Assembly: GCA_002633005.1 (NCBI GenBank)
Contig: NMRA01000458.1
Coordinates: forward strand, 1-64,000
Direction: 5' to 3'
Length of the DNA: 64,000 nt
Origin: Phoronis australis
Lineage: Eukaryota; Animalia; Phoronida
Shown: positions 36,441 through 49,291 of the stretch, piece after piece
Layout of the letters: every line of letters begins with the position of its first letter
Numbering within the stretch: the stretch's first letter is position 1
Notes under the pieces: model-generated
What the model was told of the DNA's origin: nothing
Seen by the model: only the letters and a program-made list of their open reading frames with translations
The model's database searches: none
Position numbers and translations under genes: made by a program

Positions 36441-38115
36441 AGAGTTCCCACCATGACCCTGTGTCTCAATAAGAATTTTATTAAAACATCTTAAGAGATT
36501 TAATAGCCTTTTGGATACCTGTTGCTAAGAAACAAGCCAAAGTTTAAAAAACTATTTTTATGTTGTCGTGGTTGTACATAATGGGTAGAAGACCGTCTCC
36601 GCCATTGTTGTTATTACCGGTGCGATACCGAACAGTTGTGAGGAAAGTCTGCGGGGAGCCGCCTCTTTGTTCTTTCAGACATGAAAAGGTGCGTTTGTGG
36701 AGGCTGTAGCAACAGCAGCTTGGCCGAGAACGTCTCTGTGTTCAAATTTCCTAAAGACGGTTTGTGTGCCATACCAGAGTGTGGAATATCAGTGTCGGGA
36801 ACATGCGATTCTGTCGGGAGCCATACTTTGTTCGGCATATTTCAAGGAATCGTGTTTCGACGAAACACAAAGGAGGAGTTATGATGAGAGACTCGCAACT
36901 TTGTAAGTGTATTTGAACATTTTCTAAACAACGAGCAAACTGCTTCCATTCTAGGGCGATGCCAGGCCCTTGCCCCCGCCCAAATCGAGTGTTACGACAC
37001 GTAGGCTTATGCATTGTGCTTCTTCCATCATGGCAATTGTGAATACGAGTGGCCTTTGTCAGTAATTATTAAGTGTCTATTTTTTGAATTTTGACCACCC
37101 CTTGGTTCAGCTGGTTGTGGCTCACATATGTCTGCAGCATTACCGTGCAAGTGGGTCGAGTTCATACGGCCTCAAAACCGACGAAAATTCACCAAATGTG
37201 AAATCGATTCATTGTCTGATTCTTCAAGTGTGATGCCCGTATATACTCTCCTCTGCCTCCATGATAATTGCCCAATTCTCGCTCAAAATCTTCCTCGTCT
37301 TCTGATCAGCTGTGTTCCNGTCTCTGTGTTCAAATTTCCTAAAGACGGTTTGTGTGCCATACCAGAGTGTGCAATATCAGTGTCGGGAACATGCGATTCT
37401 GTCGGGAGCCACACTTTGTTCGGCATATTTCAAGGAATCGTGTTTCGACGAAACACAAAAGAGGAGTTATGATGAGAGACTCGCAACTTTGTAAGTGTAT
37501 TTGAACATTTTCTAAACAACGAGCAAACTGCTTCCATTCTAGGGCGATGCCAGGCCCTTGACCCCGCCCAAATCGAGTGTTACGACACGTAGGCTTATGC
37601 ATTGTGCTTCTTCCATCATGGCAATTGTGAATACGAGTGGCCTTTGTCAGTAATTATTAAGTGTCTATTTTTTGAATTTTGACCACCCCTTGGTTCAGCT
37701 GGTTGTGGCTCACATATGTCTGCAGCATTACCGTGCAAGTGGGTCGAGTTCATACGGCCTCAAAACCGACGAAAATTCACCAAATGTGAAATCGATTCAT
37801 TGTCTGATTCTTCAAGTGTGATGCCCGTATATACTCTCCTCTGCCTCCATGATAATTGCCCAATTCTCGCTCAAAATCTTCCTCGTCTTCTGATCAGCTG
37901 TGTTCCGCCATTGCTATTGCTTGTCAAGTAACCAAACGTCTTCCACCCATTACATCATTTGGCGAGAAACTTGGAAATAAATAAATTTTCTTCAAACTCA
38001 AAAATTTCGCGACTATTTGGCATAAAAAGTGCCTATTTAATAAGATTTTATGGTGTTTATTTCATATTAACTAACTGAAACCCCTAAAATTAAGAAAATG
38101 CATGGCGGGAACTCT
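36441..38115 (+). mobile_element. Kolobok-type non-autonomous element, family K2
   Basis: TTAA|AGAGTTCCCACCATG...CATGGCGGGAACTCT|TTAA (15-bp TIR, 1 mismatch). THAP remnant MKRCVCGGCSN...SVFKFPKD / LCSAYFKESCF. Convergent minus-strand acidic ORF remnant from 37911 with VLRPYELDP. Confidence 0.85.
36732..37906. other. 588-bp tandem duplication around a single N (probable haplotype-overlap artefact)
   Basis: 36732-37318 and 37320-37906 differ at about 4 positions by eye; N at 37319. Confidence 0.85.
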
Positions 38116-39016
38116 TTAAACTCATCCAGGGTTAGTGAATGTTAAGAAAAGACTGCTTTTACAATTGAGGTCTACGGTAATCATTGTTTCAAAGCTTTAT
38201 GTACGTTTACAAAATGTGAAAACAACAAATTCTCTAAATAAATGCACTAATGACGTACCTTGGGGGATCATAGCCTGAGTAATGCAATGTTATCCCCCAA
38301 CACCACGGCACGATACTTAATGGACACGGTGGAGTGATTTACGGGGATCATTTTCGACACAAAACACGTTCCATTTCATCGCAATATGTTGTGTTTGTAA
38401 CTAATTTGACCAACCAATCACAGAGATAAGAAAAAATAGCTTGAAAGTTCTACTTGAATAGTACTGGGGCGCGCTTGCACGTTACAGATCATAATTGTTT
38501 TGTTTCGGAGAGTTGCATCGATAAGGTGTTGTTGATACCTCTTAATAGGCTTAAATCGGGAAATGCCATTTTGTGAACTCCATTTCAGATCTCCACCTAG
38601 CAAGCACTATAATTGGCCAAGTTTTGGAAGACGTCAGTTTTATATATCATACCCTTAACTTATATCTACAACAATAAATTCAAAGGGACAAAAAGTGGTA
38701 TCTGCCTTTTTCGTGAAATGTGTCTTAATTAGCGCATATGCATGTATACAGACTCAGAAGTTAAGCTTTACTGTAAATGACATTTTTAAGTGTAACTTGT
38801 ATTTTTGACAAGAGGAATTTTTTTCATTTCACAGTACAAAATTGCACTACCGTTAGCGTTTAAATAGACGAGAGAGTAAAGAGTCGAGCTACCGACATGG
38901 CAGTTACAGTGGATGACGTTATGACGTTTTGCCTACTTAAACAAGAATTGTTCTAGAGTGACAAATGAAAACCATTTGCAGCGGACCCAGCTTATTGATG
39001 ACGTGGCAACTTACGT

Positions 39017-39730
39017 CATTGGCGCCGGAGCGTTTTTTATTGGGAGGGGGCGAAAATTCAAGTCTAAAGATTATTCATTATCGATATATTTCAGGGTCAG
39101 AGCTCGGTACTAAAGATGAAAAGGAGACCGAGGTTGGCGAAATAAGGACTCATTTACTATAACAGAGTACAAATACAAAAATAGGGGTGAAAAATAACAA
39201 TCTCTGGTAATACGGGCAATAAAAGCGTAGTTGACACACGGAAATTGAAAAGAAACAAGTGAGCACGCGCAAACAAAAGAAATTCTGAAAGAGCCGGGAG
39301 CTGATCAAACTCATCGCCAGTGATAACACAGACCAATATGAAGTTCGGAATAAGGGTCATGTAGCCCTGCATCAAGGAACTAGTGGATCGGTCAGAATTG
39401 AAAAAGGGTGTACAAGACATGTTGGGTCCATATGTTCACATAAATATAAATAACTAATGAAGTGCCGTGTATGATCGACATATGTCCCTCACATCTCAAG
39501 CTCGTTACCAGAGATGAAAGGAGGTCAAGATCGGCGAAATAAGGTCATTTATAACACAAAGACTAGAGATTGAAATAAAATACAATATGTAAAAAATAAT
39601 AATCTCTGGTAAGACAGTTAAAAGTTGTTGACGGTAAATTAACGATGTGGTTAAAACACAGATGTGGGATGTATGGAGTTGCTTGTAAACATTGTGAAGG
39701 GTTTCAGTCCCCCCTGCTCCACCGCCAATG
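39017..39730. mobile_element. MITE with CATTGGCG termini and an internal ~400-bp-period duplication
   Basis: CATTGGCGCCGGAGC...GCTCCACCGCCAATG; flanks TACGT/TACAT; 39109-39215 resembles 39507-39617. Confidence 0.65.
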
Positions 39731-41924
39731 TACATGTACACCGTGTCAAATACATTAACACTAGTTGTCATATAAGACGACGTTTTTGGCCATTATCAGT
39801 AGCTGCGAAAGTTTTCGATTATATCAATCATGTCTGTTTGCTCAGCGTTAATAAACTCTGAGCACTTATATAGTTTAACCTGTGACGTAAATTGGGACTG
39901 AGAAATAGGACTTTGGAAGAAAATGAATCATGTTTCAGCCATGTGCCTGATACTGGCTATCACTCGGTCCCTTAACTCTTTTTTTGAGGTAAAACATTTA
40001 TGAATCCAACCAACCAACACATAGTCGTACAGCAATATGAAATCTAGTCAAGTACATCAAACAGATTAGAAACATTATCGAACCCCATAAAACTAATTGC
40101 GAGGCAAAAAAGAAGACCACCTTGCCTGGAATCTCTCAGGAGCCAATATATAACCGTAAATATTTTTTCCAGGCTGTGGTAATCACATACCTCCCGTTAA
40201 AATGACTAAAAATTTTTCCTTAGCCTTTTGCAGTCAGCCTATATAAATGAAATTTCGCTAAACAAAGAATTAAACTTACGACATCCAATCTACAGGCTGG
40301 ATCTCTAAAGAAGGCGGTAGGCATACTCAACTGCAGATAGAAATCGCACTGGTTTATCATCCACGATTCATTAACATCAGGAAGAGATAACCAGAAAGGG
40401 ACAACTGTTTTAGCTCATTTTAACGTGATTTCAAGCGTGATTTCAAAAGTAAATGTTCAAGTTATTTGGAATCCAAGCATTGTGTTTGAAAGCTTAACTC
40501 TTTAGTAATAAAATGACACCACTTTGGTCCCCAAAGACTGCATATTAATAACACTGGGATGCTTTGAACATGACATGTTTTACCCTTCCAAAAGATGCCT
40601 CTTCCCAGGCATGTACTGGGGCATGATCCTCTTTTTTTGAACCAACAGATGTCACTAACATATGCAAATGAGGCTCGCATCGCCTACGTCATATGACATC
40701 ATACGACGCGAGCTTCCAATTTGAACCGTCAGGTGCCTATAGTGTGTGACTTGAAACGCAGTTTTACCTGATCGGGTAGATCTCATTCCAAGAAAACTAA
40801 GAACTCACCCAAGTCAATGTTCAAAGAACATTGAGTACGGTTTCACATGAAAATACATTCAATTGCTTTGGATACGCTTGGCTGTGTGTATGCGTGGACT
40901 TTGTCGTTTTGCTTAAATCCAGATTTAGAGGCATGAATTAGTGTTAGCCCTAATTAGCCACGGCGTACACCGGGTGGCCGGTGTCGTGGCGGGCGTACGC
41001 GGGAAGTCTGATCCATGCACGTGCAATTCGATGAACTAATGCTAGTCGCTGGTCAGCTCCGCTATGATTCATTTGGGACGTGCGGCTTAGCTCGAACATA
41101 TACCCGTGTTCTGGCTCCAAATGTCGTTTTTTGATCCCCAGTTTCGGGATATGGTCATGGCCCTGAAGATTTTTGAAAGGTAGGCCCTATGGTCCCCGAA
41201 GTCCTTGGCCTATAGAGCTCATCAAAATTCCTTGTTGAAACACGGCCACTGGTCCAGCTTCTGCCGGGCGGCTGGGGAAAATGAACGTGTGTCCCAAAAA
41301 TGTACACACTTCAACACCTGCAGTTCAAATTCATTTCTCGTCAATCACTGGCCGCGGATTCTACGCGGGCTAATGCATGACTACACCTTATTTTTAATGT
41401 GGGTGCGTCACTGAGTCATGACGTGCCCAGCCTGTGCAGTATGCACGGGAATGGCAAGCAAACGATCGGTTTGGAAGAACCAAAATTCATTGTACAATAC
41501 TACTGGGAACTACAAGCATCAAGGAAGTGCAGACAATCTGTCCAAATTTATGAGCAATGACTTGAACTTCTTTTTCGATTTACGGTTTGTAATTTTCTAA
41601 ATTTCACTAGTCAAGTTTTTAATTCAACAAAGCTTTTAGAGCTGCTCGACATTCATGAATATCACTGATATCGTTTAGTGTACTTCATTGCGATATGGTG
41701 GTCTGATGTTAGGTCGAATTTTCCCAAGTCAGCCTTCAACTAAGTACAGTGACGCATCGTCATTTCTTACAAGGTAGCGTCTGTGCTGTGCACGAATGTT
41801 ATGCGTTTTTGATGAATTTGGAATCTCAACTTCCCCTCGTGAGTAGTTGGCAGAGTCATGTCGGAGGTGTAGAGAGGGCACAACACTGAAAAAGTGGGGC
41901 TAAAGTAGATTTGCAGTTTCGTGG

Positions 41925-42597
41925 CTAATTCACCACCATAATCACGTGCACATTACTTTGTCTCACTAGTATAGTATTTTCCTGGCTGGAAGTTTAGTTT
42001 CCAACTTTGGCTGGTTTATGTTCGTGATGTCTGATCAGTTTCCGAGCCACATTGGCCGGGATAACGAGTCAATCCGGTCGGCCGCGACGGGCCTGTTCGG
42101 GCTCCGAGCCACTGGCCAGGATAACGAGCGTTTTGCGTGTTTAGAACTCAAAAAATCACAAGTCTAAACAACACAAACTAGGTTCCCCTCTCTGTATCTC
42201 ACGCAAAAATACTTCGAACAGACCCCAAACTTCTGCTACGGACCTTATTGGCCTGCCGAACTCTGTAGGCTACGGTGTGTCCAAATACCAATAAATCCGT
42301 AACAGCGAAATAAAACAACACGTTTTTATAAGAACTTGGTGTATTTTTAAGGGTTTTACATCGAAGTTTGATGATTTATTGGTGTAAAACGATGAATTCA
42401 AGCGATAAGCTGACACCAGAAACCTGTGTTGTGAACTGCTGAACAGACCGCGTGTGAAACCAATTACGTCATTGGATAGTTTCAACACCTCAGCCTGCCG
42501 TCAGGTGTCTGGTAACGCAACCGTACGTGCCGTTATGGAGTAGAACTACTCGTTCTAAATTGACACAAATTAGGTTGTTTTTGGGTGGCACGCTCCT
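41925..42597 (+). mobile_element. Right arm of Kolobok-type family K1
   Basis: Collinear with 53896-54591; ends GGGTGGCACGCTCCT|TTAA. Confidence 0.85.
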
Positions 42598-42759
42598 TTA
42601 AGTCACTGAACGGAAAAACGCTGTCATGCAGTGAAAATGGAAGGCAGCAGCAAGCCAGTGGGCGTGTGTGATAACTCGGATTTCTAGTCTCTTATTATGA
42701 AAACTATTGAAGGAAATTATAAGCACTTGTAAACAAGAATTTTGAGGTATGAAGGATAT

Positions 42760-45700
42760 CAACAGGAGTTAGCTGTAGCCTTAGTCGTGAAGCTGCCGAC
42801 ATTCCAGCCACGGCCACTGCAGGTCCTTTGAAGCAACCGCATATACAGGAATTTTGAAGAATGGCAAGGAAGCGTTTTGTGTTGACGGAACTGTCCTTGG
42901 CGAGGAATTTGAGGCATTTAATGATGAACAACTATTGTGGATTAATTTGGGAGAACACCTAGCAAAACTAACTTCCAAGTATGCTGTGGCGGAATTAAGA
43001 AATACGATTATGGCATTGCTAATTGTAGATATGCGCGATTTTTACCGAAATATCTAACGTTAGACTTACAACAGGCCCGGGATATGCTTGAGAGCCACAA
43101 AGTGTGATAAAATGGTAGAAAATTAGGCGTAACATTTCTATAGCAGATAAAAGGTTGATTACCGCAGAAGGTCGATGTCTTCAATGCTCAGAAAAGTTTA
43201 GGCAGGCAAGGCGACTTGTCCGCCCACTCTAAAGGAAAGAACTGCAGCCAATTCCAATTATCCGGTGCAACTTCTCTCACCCGACGCCGTTGTTTCACGA
43301 TACCGCAACCTCAAACAAAGTCAAAGAAACGAAACACGGGGGGTGAGATATTACAGAGTACAACTGACAAATGAGCTTGAGAAAACTCAGTGTTGAGCTT
43401 CTGTTTATTAAAGACGTTAAATTTTCCGTTGAGAAGCTGACTGAAGTCACAGATGAGTGCGACGGGAAGGATATCTAGGAGTACATGGAGAGAAAGGAAG
43501 CATTAAAGATTGCTTTCTTTGAAGACCAGGAGCGAAACCGTGAGTAATAAATTAATGAAAAATGCATGGTACTATAATATCTATAGACAAAATTATACAC
43601 TTTCAAACTATTGCGTTTGTGTGCTGTCCATATTAATATCTATTCTTGGATACAGGTGTCCACCTCAAAATAAATTTCCCACGGTCGTTCTTTATGCCGA
43701 TAACAATGTTCTCGTCAACTGAAGAAGAACAAGAATCGTAGACATCCCGCGCGCTCAGTCTATGGTTCTGACACTTCAAACTTTTGTCAACACGATTAGC
43801 CTCAGCAAGTTCGATGTTGACCTCGTTCTAAACTTCTCTGCAACCCACTGTCAGGGGATGAAAACAATTCAAAGTCCGCCAATCGAAATAGGGCTTGCGT
43901 AGCTGGAATTTAGAGCTGCGGTCATGGGAGTGCTTTCAGCTCCTGATTGCGAGTGTTAGCTGTGATATCTTAATCAGCGCGTGCTCTCAGCAGCAGGTCA
44001 CCGGTTTATCCACTAGAGCTTGACTCTGAAATATCTTTTTCAAGTCATCCCGGATCACTTTAAAACAAGTACTCATTTTGTAACCCAAAACAGAAATGGA
44101 AATACAATACACATAATCATATTAGATAATGTGTGGCTTATTGAAATAGGTCTATACTGGTATCTATTTTGTTATTATAGTATAATACATAGGCGGATTT
44201 AGGGGCCCCCTTGGCTGGTCCAAGCAAAATTAAACAGCATGAAGCGGAAGAAATATGGAGTTCACGAACTAGGAATGGCAGCCGACGGGGGGAGGAGGTT
44301 CAGGTGGCCCGAAGGGCGGTGGCGTGAGTGGTGGCGTTTTTTTAGTCCTCCGATAGATTTTGGGAACACCAGTCACATCGTCAACTCCCGCATCTTTCGG
44401 GGCGCCTCGACCAATCCAATCCTCCGAGACAACATGTTAGGGCCCCCATTATGGTATCCCAGATCCGCCACTGTAATATGGTCTGAGAACCAAAGGCTTC
44501 TTACAAAATTTTGTGTTTAGAACAAGGGCCATCAAGGGCCATTCAGTATCTGAATGAGATTCCATGGTGTGGGTGGGTGACGGGCCGATTAAAAGGGCGA
44601 TTTTCACCAATTTGGGCATCGAATTGGGAAAGGTTTTAGTCGAGTTTGGGCCTGAATTGATAGGATGTGGTTTTCTCTAAATTTTGTATTGACAGGTTTA
44701 TTTTTCAAAATTTGATTACTGTTTAGATACCTTTGCTTTGAATAAGAAATTCAGTGGGCATTCTTTTGGGTATTCACGGTAAGCCTCTCTGGTATTGAAT
44801 TCAAGCACCCCTTTGAGTCAGGTTTTGAAACGAATCACTTTATTCCAGTCAGGGTATACTTCAAAACTTAACATTATAAGTAATGGGTGGCTTATTGAAA
44901 AGGGTTCATGGAGGCACACTAGTGCCCATTTCTTCTGACAAATATCCTGATTGCAAACTTTTCTTAAACCTCTTAAAGATGTACATGTAATTGCATGCTC
45001 CTAACTGTGCTAATGTATTACAGGAACTAAACAACAATGCTTTTTGAATATCAACAAGTGCAGCTGTATTCACTGACAATTCGTAAATGTGAAAACAAAA
45101 AATTCTGCAAAAATAGGTGACCTTTGCACTAATGATATACTTCGAAGGCTCAAATAACGTCATGTCACGATATACTTACTGGATATGGCGGATCATTTTC
45201 GCTACAAAACGTGTTCTTAATAACATAAGACAATTTTCAACCAACTTCATATGCACATTGTTTCTCAGTAATTTGGCCTAGCAATCACAGAGATAAGGAA
45301 TTACTCACAAATTCAGATATACAGACCTCAGAAAACAAAAACCATTCTACAAGTGAAAATTGCTAATGTACAAGCTACTGTTTTACCGTAAATTACGTAC
45401 AAGTCTTTTTTGAATTCCAGGTGATAGCTGCAATTACTGCAACGTATGTGAAGCATCGGGAAGTTATACACACTTCAGCCTGTGTTAAGTCCAATTTGAG
45501 GACGCTGCTGGTAGTTGCATAATGCAACAACAAATATTAGAGTGTTTTCATTGTTTCTTTTCAGACCAACAATCTTCTACAAAGTTGTGTGATTCTCATT
45601 CAAAGCCTTGGGCCAGGATTTCCACACCAGTCATCCAGGGTACTACATCTCTCCACTGCAGTTGAAGGGTAGTGCTGTAGAAACTTTTTTTAGCCAATAC

Positions 45701-45845
45701 AAGTAAATCAAGTAGAAAGCTGACATCAGTAAATTTTCCACATGCCGTAGTGACAAAGAAACTGGGGTCAGAGGTACTGTTGCAACCCATGAGATTCCAC
45801 TCAGGAAAAGCAAAAAAAGGACTGGGGGACACAAAAATGTACTGA
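42760..45845 (+). pseudogene. Decayed intron-containing transposase-like gene (P-element-like family)
   Basis: Fragments with stops and frameshifts: RCLQCSEKF, RTAANSNYPVQLLSPDAVVSRYRN, AFFEDQERN followed by a GTGAGT donor (43540), and after the acceptor at 45564 FKALGQDFHTSHPGYYISPLQLKGSAVETFFSQYK / KLTSVNF. Family assignment is recognition from memory, not a search result. Confidence 0.5.
44188..44473. mobile_element. MITE (CATAGGCGGATTT...ATCCGCCACTG)
   Basis: TIRs, perfect 5-bp TSD TAATA; reverse-complement similarity to 29277-29558. Confidence 0.8.
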
Positions 45846-46199
45846 TTCACATGACATAGTCACAGTAGTAACATACCTAACAGTGCTCTGAATATGATAA
45901 GGCTGCTACAAGTATTTCACTAGTGCCATTTTGGTTCGAAAAGCACTTCTCTGTGTGCAAATATTGGTGTATTTTGCATTATGTTGACTCATTTTGTTGT
46001 TTAACTTTAGCTAAGTTGTGATGTTCATAGATCTGGAAAATGCAACAACGATAACTCTTAAAGTACATGTGTATTCTATTGTGCTGTACAACACTACAAG
46101 GACAATTGCTACACAAATTTAGAAATAGATCACAGAAAATTATTTGGACAATTTGAGCAAATGATATGATACACATCAATTTAATTCATGTTTTATTAA

Positions 46200-48670
46200 C
46201 TACTATCTGACGATAAAGTCTATCACACAAACCCACGTCGACTTTTGTTCGCATACTTCTGCCTTCAAAGCTTCTACCTGCCTCTCCTCTGAGGAAACCA
46301 CCAATACGTGCATTGGTATATTTACGACAAGAATTGTTCTTACAAAGTCGCCAATCACATGTACATCGAAAATGTAGGATGACTTTGTCGGGCTTGACTT
46401 TGTAATTGTCACACCCATTGTCACCAACTCTATATCATCTTTTACCTTGGATTGTATAATTATGCAAAGGGAAAAATGGCAAAATTTAAATTGTGAAGGG
46501 GTATCTAAAGGCATACAATTAGGATTTTTAGTGATGATGTATCGGCAACACGATTTGGACCCACAAACAGGACTAGTGAACATAACAGTTCTAGCACTAC
46601 ATGTACCTGGAAACCGCAAAACTTTACATCTCATTCCTAAATCAAGCACTACTGTGACAGGCTTGATATTCTAGTGAATGTATATGTTCACTCTTTTACC
46701 ACCTAGTCTCACATAATCTAACATAAGGAGGCAGGGAAAGGTTGAATTGCGGCATGATTTAGTCTCATGTTAAAGCTGTCATATGCCCACCTTTACGATT
46801 TTGTGTCTATGGTTACCAACAAACTCTTGTCATATGGAACTATCCAGCTTGCTCAGAAATGGCAAGAAGGAATGGTGTAGGTACAGTAAATAACCTCAAT
46901 CTCTGCACTTCTGCTGCACTGGAAGAAGGATGCCAAGCCTGGATAGAAAAACAGAAGTTAGGAAATCACAAGAACAACACTGAACTAGTACTGTGCAAGT
47001 AAAACTGAAAGTTCATTCATTGAGAACAGTGTACTTTTGCAATAAAAACTTTCTTTAAGGTCCTTTCATCCTGAAGGCATATTCATGTGCAAGCAAGCTT
47101 CACTCAAAGTCAAGTCATGCACTTAAATGGGTGTTGTGTACATATCCTTTGTCTATTTTAGTACTTAGTACTTAAATATGCAATTCAAAGAAGAGTTGCA
47201 TGTCAAGTTGTGTTTTGGTATAAACAAGTCGAACTACTTTAAAGATACATCGTCTCATTGAATTGTGAATATGCAAATGAAGTACTAATTTAAAAACTAC
47301 CCTGGGTCTTCCCATATCAATGTACCGGAAACCATCCGAGAACTAGTTACAATTACAATATCGCAAAAGTCTCGTTTTTTTGCAAATTTCATTGTTGCCC
47401 AAATGAAACAAGGAACAGTTTTTAATATTTGAATATTTCACTATCAAATAACAACTGCATTATATTGAAATTACTGGGGTTTTTGTATGTTCACATTTGT
47501 TTTTAAGTTTTCAGTTGCAGTGTTGTCTTTAAAACAGCAAATTGTTTATTGTATGTCATTATGTGGTCTTCTGTGCAATTTTATTTTAGATCCATCTACA
47601 TGTACTCAGCAGTCTGCAGCACTTCCTTGACAAAGAGCGCATTACTCGAAATGTGGGGATATTTAAATATAGTTTAGTACTGACGCTCGTCATTTTAGTT
47701 TTACTAGTTTTACTGTTTTAAGTTATTTACCAATTGTTTCTTTTTCTGTACACATTTCTCCAGGAAGTCATTAGGTGGCGGTTGCTAAAATTCAAATCTT
47801 CATGGTTTTAATGAGACATGGCATCTTTAAAATTTGTCTATGTTCAGCTTGTCCCGATATCAAAAGAAACCTGTGATTCGCATATTGTTCTATTGGGAAA
47901 CTACTCATGGACATTGTTTTGCTTTCAATCACTGAGAAAGTCACCTGCTTTGCAATGAGGGTCATTAGAGTGAACTGAGGAAAGTTTGCAACAATTCAGT
48001 TTTGACAATAACGTGAATTGATGAGAATTAGACGCAGTCATGTGACCATTGATACAAAACAAGGGACATGAATAATTTTATAACTCCCAATCCCATCACT
48101 TTATTCCCAGGAAATCAAAATAAACCTTACTTCATTTTTTCATCTGCAGAAATGGTCGCTGCAGCCAGATTTTTCTCTTTTATGATTGTATGATGGCTAT
48201 GATGCATCCCCCTGTTCTTGTTTTATGTACGGAACATCTCTCAAATACAACCAACTGCCAGTACGTGTAAACCCCAATCAGGCTGAGGTTGGGAGTCCAC
48301 AGGTACGACTGATTACATTGGGGCCGGGAAAAAGATTCTATCTACTTCTGACAATGGTGCTTTCAGTGCTAGTAGTGGCTGCTGTACTAGCAGTAGCACT
48401 AGCAGCTGAGAACAAGGTGACGAAGCCAGAGCACTCGCGGTGCATATACAAAAAGCAGCATTGAACACTGCACTGCGTACGTTGCAAGGCAGTGTCATGT
48501 TGGTAATTGTTTACAATATGACGACATTGACCAACACACATGATTTTGGTATCGTTCGATTCCTCGCAACGTTATCTTTCCAAAAATGTATGAATGTTTT
48601 CCCTACCGCGTTTCCTCCGTATTTTATCCTCGAATTTTGGTTCGCACTATTTCCCGGTTGTCACCGCCAT
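46200..48670 (-). pseudogene. Decayed second (accessory) ORF of the same putative transposon, Cys/His-rich N-terminus
   Basis: From AACATGGCGG at 48673: MAV..GK*CE...MCVGQCRHIV..HDTALQRTQCSVQCCFLYMHRECSG (PHD-like spacing). Near 46330-46210: RKYTNARIGGFLRG...RTKVDVGLCDRL. Confidence 0.35.
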
Positions 48671-49291
48671 GTTAGCTCAACTCAAGATTACATTGTCACC
48701 TGTTGTTGATGAATGAAACAGCATCATCGATTCCGAATGGTGTTTGCCCGCGCCGGGATTCCCACTAAAGTTTTCCTGACATAATATGGAGGACAAGTAG
48801 CAGCATTTCACCTTTTCAAATTTTTTTATAATCGTGACCATTTGACCATTTTCCACGAAATTGACTGAAGTGATATCCTTTTCGCCAATTTGGACCTCAA
48901 AAACAACCTTCGCTTTTTTCGCGGATTCTTGCTAGCAGACTGTGCGTACCATGGTCGCTATAGGATCGAATTCGAACCCTTGGGACCGTAACTGGGGCAG
49001 GGGATAGGCGGGTATCGGTCAGTTTGAACTTCTGAAAAATGACGATCTGCAGAAGTCGCGGAAGATTAGTTCAGTTTTTGACCGCCAGGGAACTCCTTCC
49101 ATTCAACATGGCGGTATTAATACCGAGTACCGGAAAATAGTGCGAGAAGAAATTTCACGATAAAATACTACGGGAACGGGTTAGGAAAAATTTCTGTGTA
49201 TTCTTGGAAAGATAACTTTGCAAAAAATCGATAGATACCAAATTCATATGTGTAAGTCAATGTCGTCACATTGTAAACATTTACCGTCATG
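48496..49291. repeat. Divergent inverted repeat, arms 48496-48673 and 49105-49291
   Basis: Both arms read outward AACATGGCGGT...GAAATAGTGCGA...TTGGAAAGATAAC...GTCAATGTCGTCA.ATTGTAAACA.TTACC..CATG. Confidence 0.8.
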
